Shown: one piece after another, positions 49,147 through 56,900 of the stretch | Layout: each line of letters starts with the position of its first letter | Position numbering within the stretch: the stretch's first letter is position 1 | Source: an uncultured Methanosarcinales archaeon | GTDB lineage: Archaea > Nanobdellota > Nanobdellia > Woesearchaeales > DATDXC01 | Reading direction: 5' to 3' | NCBI GenBank assembly: GCA_964510025.1 | Contig: CAZDZV010000005.1 | Span: 1-64,000, forward strand | Length of the DNA: 64,000 bases | The notes under the pieces: model-generated | What the model was told of the DNA's origin: nothing | What the model saw: the letters and a program-made list of their open reading frames with translations, nothing else | Database searches by the model: none | Program-made: the position numbers and the translations under genes

Positions 49147-49638
49147 TTAGATTCCGCCCATGCTAGGACCATGTTTTACGCGAAATCTCTTATCAACTAT
49201 TCCTAGTTTCCTGATCAATTGGTTAATCCATAATGTCCATGTGTTCATAACTTGTGAGTGTTTTTCAACCTGGGCAAATTCTTTTTGAAGGTTTCTCGCC
49301 AGCCTTACTAATTCCTCTCGCTGTAAACTAGACTTTTTTTGTTCAAGTTCCGCTATGAGTTTCAAAGCAGCTTTATTCAACTCATTAGCATCAACCGCTT
49401 CCTTGAAAAGACCGTCGATAGATCCTTTGAGCCTAATTGCAATGGCATGAGCCAGGCGCCTGTATCTGCTATCAGCAAATGACAATGGATGTGGGTCCCA
49501 TCTCCCCATTCTATCCTTTTGTCCTGTAATAACTAACAAATCTGCAGCAAAATCTGGCCCGGGCCGCCTAGTAGAGGAATGTTTATCTAAGAATGCTACA
49601 CATTTAGTATGCAAATCGTATTGTGAGGTTGTATCCAT
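49147..49638 (-). CDS. Hypothetical helical protein
   Basis: 163 aa ORF; C-terminal coiled coil resembling that of the neighbouring ORF. Confidence 0.65.
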   Translation of the reverse strand: MDTTSQYDLHTKCVAFLDKHSSTRRPGPDFAADLLVITGQKDRMGRWDPHPLSFADSRYRRLAHAIAIRLKGSIDGLFKEAVDANELNKAALKLIAELEQKKSSLQREELVRLARNLQKEFAQVEKHSQVMNTWTLWINQLIRKLGIVDKRFRVKHGPSMGGI

Positions 49639-49705
49639 CGTATTTTCCTTACATAATTAGCTATCCACTAGTTGTAAAAAAAGCAATGTTGTACGAGTTG
49701 GATGA

Positions 49706-50170
49706 TCATGCTGGTGTCACCCCCCCTCTCTGTTGAAGATGCGCTTGTACGCGTCTGCTCAGTGCATGACATTTTGATTCAATCTTCTCGATAATTCTTT
49801 CTGCTTGCTCTTCTTGCTCTAAAAGTTCTTTAAGTTTTCTAACTAGACTTACCTTATCCTTCATAGACAGGTTTGGTTCCCGTAATTCTCCGAGAATACT
49901 TCTGGCTGCCTCTTGCTCATTCTCTATTTGGTGTTCTTTCTTTACCAGCTCTAGGAGAACCCGAACAAGCCGTTCTACCAGACAATCAGCGAGCATCCCA
50001 TGGTGTGCGTACCTTTTGGCCGATCGTATCAGATGATTTAGATTGTCTGAATCAAGTCGATTGTTGGGCGGAACTGTACGTTCATCCTGGCTGTATACTT
50101 TAATAAATTCCTTGAGCAGCTGTGGAAAATCCGTAATACCTTGCAGGGCAGACCGGTCGTCTTTGACCAT
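49706..50170 (-). CDS. Hypothetical helical protein
   Basis: 154 aa ORF with upstream TTTATA box; coiled-coil C-terminus. Confidence 0.65.
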   Translation of the reverse strand: MVKDDRSALQGITDFPQLLKEFIKVYSQDERTVPPNNRLDSDNLNHLIRSAKRYAHHGMLADCLVERLVRVLLELVKKEHQIENEQEAARSILGELREPNLSMKDKVSLVRKLKELLEQEEQAERIIEKIESKCHALSRRVQAHLQQRGGVTPA

Positions 50171-50239
50171 AGTAAAGACTAACTTAAATTATGTAATATA
50201 TAAAATTTTCTGTTTTCTTACAGTTACAAAAACTTGTCT

Positions 50240-51580
50240 TCAAAGGCTTGGGAGCAGCTTCTTTATCTCATAGTCAGTAACCTGCATCCTATACTCATCC
50301 CATTCCCTTCTTTTTATCTCTATGAAGCGGTTGAATATGTGCTCACCCAGGGCTTTTTTCATAAGCTCTGAACCGGCTGTGATCTCTATCGCTTCCCCCA
50401 GGTTTCCTGGAAGGGTGGGTATGTGAAGGTTTTCCATATCGTCTTTGCTCATCTCAAAAATATTCCTGTTTGTCGGTTCTCCCAGCTTGTAGCCTTTTTC
50501 TATGCCTTCAAGACCTGCGGCGATCATTACTGCAAACTGCAGATATGGATTCCCCACGGGATCCGGACAGCGAAGCTCCATCCTTGTAGCCTTTTCATTT
50601 CCTGGCTGAAAATTAGGGATCCTTACCATGGCAGACCTGTTGGCGGTTGACCAGGCAACATATACCGGGGCTTCATAGCCAGGCACCAACCTCTTGTAGG
50701 AGTTAATGCTCTGGTTTGTTACAGAGCAGAACTCCCTTGCATGCTTCAGTATGCCTGCGATATAGGCTTTTCCTTCCTTAGAGATATTGTGCTTGTCATC
50801 CTTACTAAAAAAAGCGTTTTTTCCATCCTTGAAAAAAGACTGGTGGGTGTGCATGCCAGAGCCGTTTTCACCGAAGATAGGCTTGGGCATGAAGGTTGCG
50901 TAAAGATCATGCTTTCTTGCTATCTCTTTCACCACTGACTTATAGGTCTGGACATGGTCTGCCATCTGCAAGGCTTCACAGTACCTGATGTCGATCTCGT
51001 GCTGCGATGGAGCTACCTCGTGATGCTCGCATTCTATAGTAAGACCCATGCCCTCTAGCGCAAGGACTGTCTCTTTTCTTACTTCTGCCGTGATGTCCAA
51101 GGGCTCAAGGTCAAAGTAGCCTGCTCTTTCAACAATCTCTGTTCCTTTGTCGCTCTTGAAATAGAAGTATTCAAGCTCTGGCCCGAAGTAGAAAGTGTAA
51201 CCAAGCTTTTTTGCCCTTTCAAGCTGCTTTTTTAATATATATCGCGGATCCCTTGGATATGGTTTTCCATCTGGAGTCACTATGTCACAGAATATCCTGG
51301 CAACCTTTTTTTCTTCAGATGACTGCCAGGGCAGAAGCTGCAGGGTTGAGGGATCAGGCATGGCGATCATATCTGACTCTTCTATGTCCCGGTAGCCCTC
51401 TATAGAAGATCCGTCAAACCCTATTCCGTCCTCTAAAGCACCATCAAGCTCTGACCTGGTAATCGCAAAGCTTTTCAGCTTTCCCAGGATATCGGTAAAC
51501 CATAACCTGATAAACTTAACATTCTTTTCATCACATAGCTTCAATACATCTTCCTTTGTTTTTGCGTTTAACGGCGACAT
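50240..51580 (-). CDS. glnA: Glutamine synthetase type I
   Basis: FDGSSIEG, HHEVAPSQHE, ATFMPKP, NGSGMH, NSYKRLVPGYEAP, NRSA, ELRCPD. Confidence 0.97.
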   Translation of the reverse strand: MSPLNAKTKEDVLKLCDEKNVKFIRLWFTDILGKLKSFAITRSELDGALEDGIGFDGSSIEGYRDIEESDMIAMPDPSTLQLLPWQSSEEKKVARIFCDIVTPDGKPYPRDPRYILKKQLERAKKLGYTFYFGPELEYFYFKSDKGTEIVERAGYFDLEPLDITAEVRKETVLALEGMGLTIECEHHEVAPSQHEIDIRYCEALQMADHVQTYKSVVKEIARKHDLYATFMPKPIFGENGSGMHTHQSFFKDGKNAFFSKDDKHNISKEGKAYIAGILKHAREFCSVTNQSINSYKRLVPGYEAPVYVAWSTANRSAMVRIPNFQPGNEKATRMELRCPDPVGNPYLQFAVMIAAGLEGIEKGYKLGEPTNRNIFEMSKDDMENLHIPTLPGNLGEAIEITAGSELMKKALGEHIFNRFIEIKRREWDEYRMQVTDYEIKKLLPSL

Positions 51581-51592
51581 CTTTTATCCCTC

Positions 51593-51991
51593 CTACAATT
51601 TTACCTTTTCAACCTTTTGTAGATCTTCAAGCTCTTTTGATGATCCTCCTATGGCAGCAACCCCTTTTTCTCCTGTCCTGATCCTTATGCAGTCAGCAAG
51701 GTCTGATATAAATATCTTGCCATCTCCGATCCGGCCTTTTGTTGTACGCGCTCCTTTGACGATCGCCTTTACTGTCTTTTCCACAAAGCTCTCATTTACC
51801 GCGATCATGACCATAGTCTTGCGGTGAAGAGCAACCTCTTCTATGACACCGCGGTACTCTTCTATATATCCCCTCTGCTGCCCGCAACCACGAACATCCA
51901 GCACTGTCATCATCCTTATCTTTTCGTCCCATAAAGCCTGCTTTACATCCCTAAGCTTTTCAGGTCTTACTATAGATATTATCAGCTTCAT
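51593..51991 (-). CDS. glnK: P-II family nitrogen regulator
   Basis: IVRPEKL, GCGQQRG, YRG, ARTTKGRIGDGKIF, IRIRTGE; follows amt. Confidence 0.93.
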   Translation of the reverse strand: MKLIISIVRPEKLRDVKQALWDEKIRMMTVLDVRGCGQQRGYIEEYRGVIEEVALHRKTMVMIAVNESFVEKTVKAIVKGARTTKGRIGDGKIFISDLADCIRIRTGEKGVAAIGGSSKELEDLQKVEKVKL

Positions 51992-51999
51992 CTGATCAC

Positions 52000-53322
52000 C
52001 TAGTTTGTTGTAGCTGAGATTGGAAAATCTGCATATGCTTCAGCACCATGCTCTGCTATGTCAAGGCCTTTCAACTCATCCTCCTTTGATACCCGTAAGC
52101 AGATAAGCCTGTCTATTATTTTAAACATCATAAAGGCTGTCCCAAATGTCCAGATGAAAACTGAGAGTACACCCAGCATCTGACTTATCAGTAAGGATAT
52201 GCCTCCTCCAAAAAATAATCCGTTTATGCCTCCGAATGATTCCTGGGCGAACAAGCCGACCATTATAGTCCCGAATGCCCCACATATACCGTGCACTGAA
52301 ATTGCGCCTACTGGGTCGTCTATCTTAAGCTTCCTATCAATCCATTCAACTGCAAATATTACAATGAAACCTGCTAAGCCACCTATAACCACAGCGCTTG
52401 AGGGACTTACGTTTGCTGTACCTGCTGTTATTGCTACCAATCCAGCCAGCGCCCCGTTTAGCGTCATGCCGATGTCCGGCTTTCCGTACTTTTTCCATGA
52501 AACAGCCATAGCCACTGTCGCTGCTGCGGCTGCTGCCAGGTTAGTGGTTACTACGATTACAGATATACTCAGGTTTGTCCCTGCTGTCGTAGATCCTGCA
52601 TTAAAGCCAAACCAGCCAAACCATAGTATGAAAACACCTAATGCCGCCAATGTAAGGGAATGGCCTTTTATGGCCTTGGGCTTGCCATTTGTATATTTGC
52701 CCAGCCTTGGACCCAATATTATAGCTCCTGCCAGGGCTGCCCAGCCGCCTACACTGTGGACAACAGTAGAGCCTGCAAAATCAACCATCGGAACAGACAA
52801 GGTAGACAGCCAACCCCCACCCCATATCCAGTGGCCAACTATTGGATAGATTACAGCTGAGATTATAAAAGAATATGCTATGTAGGCTGAGAACTTTGTC
52901 CTTTCTGCCATTGCGCCGGAGACTATAGTTGCTGCTGTAGCTGCAAATACAACCTGGAACATCCAGAAGGTATATTGCCACAGCCCTTCAGCTGTCCCTG
53001 TATTTGCATTTGCCAGAAAAAAACCTGATGTCCCCATAAAGGCTGTACCAGCTCCAAACATGATCCCAAATCCGACTGCCCAATAGGCTAATGAGCCTGC
53101 TGCAAAATCCATTAGATTCTTCATTATTATGTTTCCTGCGTTCTTTGCCCGTGTGAACCCTGCTTCAACCATGGCAAAACCAGCCTGCATAAAAAAAACA
53201 AGAAATGCCGCCACCAATGTCCATACTGTATCTATTGCTACCGCATTGGTCTCTGGTGTAGCTGCCATTGCCGAAACAGAAGCAACTAACGCTATTATTA
53301 TGGTGGAAAGCATTTTCTTCAT
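52000..53322 (-). CDS. amt: Ammonium transporter
   Basis: FMQAGF, SGAMAER, DFAGSTVVH, WFGWFGFN, DDPVGAISVH. Confidence 0.96.
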   Translation of the reverse strand: MKKMLSTIIIALVASVSAMAATPETNAVAIDTVWTLVAAFLVFFMQAGFAMVEAGFTRAKNAGNIIMKNLMDFAAGSLAYWAVGFGIMFGAGTAFMGTSGFFLANANTGTAEGLWQYTFWMFQVVFAATAATIVSGAMAERTKFSAYIAYSFIISAVIYPIVGHWIWGGGWLSTLSVPMVDFAGSTVVHSVGGWAALAGAIILGPRLGKYTNGKPKAIKGHSLTLAALGVFILWFGWFGFNAGSTTAGTNLSISVIVVTTNLAAAAAATVAMAVSWKKYGKPDIGMTLNGALAGLVAITAGTANVSPSSAVVIGGLAGFIVIFAVEWIDRKLKIDDPVGAISVHGICGAFGTIMVGLFAQESFGGINGLFFGGGISLLISQMLGVLSVFIWTFGTAFMMFKIIDRLICLRVSKEDELKGLDIAEHGAEAYADFPISATTN

Positions 53323-53456
53323 GATATCTTCAAGAGATGTAGCATTTATATATTTTTTTGAAAGATATATTAATAAATGTATAAAAAATATAGAAAAATT
53401 TAAATATATGTTATCCTTATGCCTTTAGAACATACAGAAGAATATACAATTGTAAA

Positions 53457-53897
53457 ATGGACGAGACAGACAGGAGGATAATCAACAGCTTGATAATTGA
53501 CTCGAGGCTCTCGTACAGAGAGCTCGCAAAAGAGGTTAATGTGTCTGTTGTCACTGCAATGAACCGCACCAAGAAACTAGAGAAGGAAGGTATTATAAAG
53601 AGATATACCACCATAGTAGACTATGACAGGATAGGGTTTGATGTGGAGGTCCTGATAGAGATAAGGATATCAAAAGGGAAGCTGCTTGAGGTTGAAAAGA
53701 AAATCTCAAACCATCCTAATGTTTTTGCGGTCTATGACCTTACAGGGGGTTTTGATGCAGCTATACTAGCCAGATTTCAAAACAGGAGAAAGATGGATTC
53801 TTTCCTGAAGAAGATACAGACATATGATTTTGTCGAGAGGACCAATACAAGGTTCATATTGAATACAATCAAGGAAAAGCAGATAAGCGTATCATAG
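53457..53897 (+). CDS. Lrp/AsnC family transcriptional regulator
   Basis: MDETDRRI, SYRELAKE, GII..Y..VDY, YDLTGGFD; divergent from amt. Confidence 0.92.
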   Translation: MDETDRRIINSLIIDSRLSYRELAKEVNVSVVTAMNRTKKLEKEGIIKRYTTIVDYDRIGFDVEVLIEIRISKGKLLEVEKKISNHPNVFAVYDLTGGFDAAILARFQNRRKMDSFLKKIQTYDFVERTNTRFILNTIKEKQISVS

Positions 53898-55115
53898 TCT
53901 AGTTATATCAAGCGATTTTTCCTTTCCAGTCTTCATATCTTTGACTTTCACTTTATTGCTCTTCAGTTCCTCGGGCCCCACTACAATGACCTTCTTTGCA
54001 TTTATCTTATCGGCATATTTGAACTGATTTCCCAGGTTTCTTTGCATAAGGTCAAGCTCAACCACACTATTTTTCCTGAGTCTTTTTGCCAGAGCAATAG
54101 CCCTGTTCTTAACTGTATTGTCCACTACAGCGATATAATAATCAGGACCCAGGTCTGTGGCAGGAAAACGACCTTTTTCCTTGAGCAGCAGAGACAAGGT
54201 TGCAAAGCCAATAGCAAATCCGGTGGCTGGTGTTGGCTGGCCGTTGAGCATCTCTATCATCTTATCATATCTGCCGCCGCCTGCTATGGAGCGGAATTTC
54301 TGCCTGCTGTCAAATATCTCGAAGACAGTACCTGTATAGTAAGCTAGACCCCGGGCAGTTGACAGGTCAATAGTGACTGATTCATCCTGAATGATAGCCA
54401 GTATAGATTTAAGCTCGTCATACCCTTCTTGAGCCAGCTTATTTAAGCTGCTGAAGTCCCTTGTCTTGAGGACCTTCTTCAAGCCTTCCGGGTCTACACC
54501 TAATTCCTTGATTTCTTCATCGAATTCACTTTCAGGCATCTTTGCTTTTTTATCGATTAGCCTTATCAAGTCGGGAATCTTTGACTTTTCAGCTATCTCT
54601 ACAAGGAGGCCTTCCAGTAGTTTTCTGTTGTTTATCTTGACTATGAAGTCTTTCTCTTCCAGATTCAGGGATTTAAGACAGCCTATGGCTAAGCTTATAA
54701 TCTCTGCATCTGCTTCTGGCTGAGAACTCCCGAAAATTTCGCAGCTAAACTGATAAAACTCCCTCAACCTGCCAGATTGGGGTTTTTCATATCTCCACAT
54801 CCTAGAGAGATAGAACCATTTCACCGGCTTGGGAAGCTCTTTCTGCTTTTCTATGAACATCCGGGCTGCAGGCACCGTCAGGTCAAACCTTAAGCCGAAT
54901 CTCTCATCCCCTCTTTTATCTAAAGTGAATATCTGTGATTTTATCTCATCGCCTTCTTTCTTGGTCAGCAAGGAAAGGTTCTCAAATGCAGGACTTTCTA
55001 TCTGCTTGAAATTATAATTAATAGCCTGCTGTCTAAGAATCTGAAAGACTCTGTCCATTTTCTGGAAATCTTCAGGGAAAAAATCCTGGGTTCCTTTTGG
55101 TTTTTTGTAGGCCAT
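53892..55115 (-). CDS. hisS: Histidine--tRNA ligase
   Basis: KPKGTQDF, LRFDLTVP, RYEKPQSGRLREFYQ, RGLAYYTG, GGGRYD. Confidence 0.97.
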   Translation of the reverse strand: MAYKKPKGTQDFFPEDFQKMDRVFQILRQQAINYNFKQIESPAFENLSLLTKKEGDEIKSQIFTLDKRGDERFGLRFDLTVPAARMFIEKQKELPKPVKWFYLSRMWRYEKPQSGRLREFYQFSCEIFGSSQPEADAEIISLAIGCLKSLNLEEKDFIVKINNRKLLEGLLVEIAEKSKIPDLIRLIDKKAKMPESEFDEEIKELGVDPEGLKKVLKTRDFSSLNKLAQEGYDELKSILAIIQDESVTIDLSTARGLAYYTGTVFEIFDSRQKFRSIAGGGRYDKMIEMLNGQPTPATGFAIGFATLSLLLKEKGRFPATDLGPDYYIAVVDNTVKNRAIALAKRLRKNSVVELDLMQRNLGNQFKYADKINAKKVIVVGPEELKSNKVKVKDMKTGKEKSLDITRL

Positions 55116-55156
55116 ACACTAGAAAATATAGAACATATTTTTAAATCTTGTCAAAA

Positions 55157-55279
55157 TCAGCAGATATTGATCGGTGAAGGTATTATGCCTTTTGCCAACA
55201 GGTACATCAGCAGCATACCTACCAGAAAAGCCACAAATGCCAAGACAATAGGATGGGTAATAAATCCCTTCTTATTCAT
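55157..55279 (-). CDS. Small (40 aa) membrane peptide with class III signal-peptide-like N-terminus
   Basis: MNKKGFITHPIVLAFVAFLVGMLLMYLLAKGIIPSPINIC; GAGGTGA RBS and TTTATA box upstream; too short for the ORF track. Confidence 0.7.
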   Translation of the reverse strand: MNKKGFITHPIVLAFVAFLVGMLLMYLLAKGIIPSPINIC

Positions 55280-55408
55280 TTTGAATCACCTCATTATGAT
55301 TGAAAAATATTTATTTTTTAACTATATAAACTTTTCTGTTTGACCGCTGTTGGCTAGAAAGTCCTGAAAAACCCTGAGATGCTGCCTAAATATACAATTC
55401 CTGATTGA

Positions 55409-55425
55409 CCATAAAGTTTATAAAA
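55409..55425 (+). promoter_or_regulatory. BRE/TATA promoter of the tRNA cluster
   Basis: CCATAAAGTTTATAAAA about 25 nt upstream of 55442; the same 14-mer CCATAAAGTTTATA recurs at 55791 upstream of the next operon. Confidence 0.6.
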
Positions 55426-55441
55426 CAAAATCAAATCCAAA

Positions 55442-55520
55442 GCCCTTGTAGCTTAGCTGGTCTAGGGACTTCGTCCGATAGGCCCCAGAGGTCTATTGAG
55501 CCAAGCTCAATAGCCCGAAA
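55442..55520 (+). other. Duplicated tRNA-Asn 5' end followed by hairpins (tRNA-like leader or pseudo-tRNA)
   Basis: AAAGCCCTTGTAGCTTAGC at 55439 and 55521; hairpins GGAC-TTC-GTCC and CTATTGAGC-CAA-GCTCAATAG. Confidence 0.6.
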
Positions 55521-55523
55521 AAA

Positions 55524-55623
55524 GCCCTTGTAGCTTAGCAGGTAGAGCGTGCGACTGTTATCGGCAACAGACATGTTGCCTGTAGTGATCGCAAGGTCGT
55601 CAGTTCGAGTCTGACCAGGGGCG
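55524..55623 (+). tRNA. trnN: tRNA-Asn(GTT) with 27-nt intron at 37/38 (55561-55587)
   Basis: Acceptor GCCCTTG/CAGGGGC, anticodon arm TGCGA-CTGTTA[intron]A-TCGCA, T arm GTCAG-TTCGAGT-CTGAC; BHB-like CTGT/GTAG helix. Confidence 0.93.
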
Positions 55624-55627
55624 CTAA

Positions 55628-55730
55628 GGCTCCGTAGCTTAGCTTGGTCGAGCGCTCGACTGATAATCGAGTGGTCCCGTGTTCAAAAGAAATAAGCGAT
55701 GCTTAAATCATGAAACTCACGGCGGAGCCA
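55628..55730 (+). tRNA. trnI: tRNA-Ile(GAT) with 29-nt non-canonical T-loop intron at 59/60 (55688-55716)
   Basis: Acceptor GGCTCCG/CGGAGCC, anticodon arm CTCGA-CTGATAA-TCGAG, T stem CCGTG/CACGG; BHB helix TTCA/TGAA with 3-nt bulges. Confidence 0.88.
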
Positions 55731-55852
55731 TTTCTTTTATTTTACTACTCAAATAAGTAACAACTTTGTAGTGTAATATATTGTTAACTACCATAAAGTT
55801 TATATATGAGTTGCATATTAAATAATAACAACAAAATTAGGAGGGGAGTCTT

Positions 55853-56875
55853 ATGAAAAGGGGTATGAAGTTCTTAATTGTAGGTTTGATGTTAATATGC
55901 TTAATTGGAATGTCAGCAGCCAGTGCATCTGCCTTTGATTTTATCGGTTGGATGAAAAGGGTGTTAGGCATACAGGAACAGGAAGAGCCTAATGAAATTT
56001 TTGTGCCTATAGAGGATATACCGATAGAAGAGCCTGAAGAAGATGAAGAAATGGAGGAAGAAACCGAAGAAGAGGTGGATCAAGGAGAAAGCTCTGAGGA
56101 GATAGTGATTGTTGAGGAGACAGAACTGATAAGCCTCCAGCCGGATGCGAGCGACCCTGATGAGGACCAGCTGACCTTCAGCTATACGGATCCCTTAGAC
56201 GACCAGGGCGAATGGCAGACAACATATGGAGATGCTGGCGAATATACTGTTACCATCAGCGTCACAGACGGAACCTTATCGGACTCCAAGGACGTGTTGA
56301 TTCTAGTCAACCGAAAGGAGGAAGCTCCCACAATAGATGATTACCAGCCAGAGGCGCTGGAGCTGGCAGCAGATGAAAATAGTGAGATGCAGTTTACCAT
56401 ACAGGCTTCAGACCTGAATGATGATGAGCTAACCTACACCTGGCTGCTGGACGGGGAGCAGGCTGAGGATGGTCAAAGTTTCCTTTACGATATCGGGTAC
56501 GATGCTGCCGGATCGCATACTGTTGAGGTTGTGGTCTTTGATGGCTTGCTGGAGACCTCAAATGAGTGGTCATTGGACGTAAATAATGTCAACAGGATCC
56601 CTGAAATGCAGGAGATAGACGACATGACTGTAGAAGAAACCGAAGAGGTTGCAATAACGCCTGTAGCTACAGACCCTGATGGAGATGAGATAATCTTCAC
56701 TATTTCTGAACCAGTAGGCGACGACGGTATCTGGAGAACAACATATGATGACTCAGGCATCTATGAGGTAGAGATAGTAGCTTCTGACGGAGAGGATTCA
56801 GCAACCCAGACAGTCATGATAACTGTAGAGAATGTGAACAGGGCTCCGGTCATAAGAGATATAATCCAACAATAA
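55853..56875 (+). CDS. Secreted acidic protein with Ig-like (PKD/cadherin-like) repeats
   Basis: Signal peptide; repeats of DPDxDxL..G.WQTTYxDAG.Y.V.V.DG..NRAP. Confidence 0.88.
   Translation: MKRGMKFLIVGLMLICLIGMSAASASAFDFIGWMKRVLGIQEQEEPNEIFVPIEDIPIEEPEEDEEMEEETEEEVDQGESSEEIVIVEETELISLQPDASDPDEDQLTFSYTDPLDDQGEWQTTYGDAGEYTVTISVTDGTLSDSKDVLILVNRKEEAPTIDDYQPEALELAADENSEMQFTIQASDLNDDELTYTWLLDGEQAEDGQSFLYDIGYDAAGSHTVEVVVFDGLLETSNEWSLDVNNVNRIPEMQEIDDMTVEETEEVAITPVATDPDGDEIIFTISEPVGDDGIWRTTYDDSGIYEVEIVASDGEDSATQTVMITVENVNRAPVIRDIIQQ
56585..56862 (+). repeat. 278-bp perfect direct repeat, copy 1
   Basis: Identical by eye to 59843-60120; encodes one whole Ig-like domain. Confidence 0.9.
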
Positions 56876-56900
56876 TTTTTTTTATATTTTTGGGGGTAAA

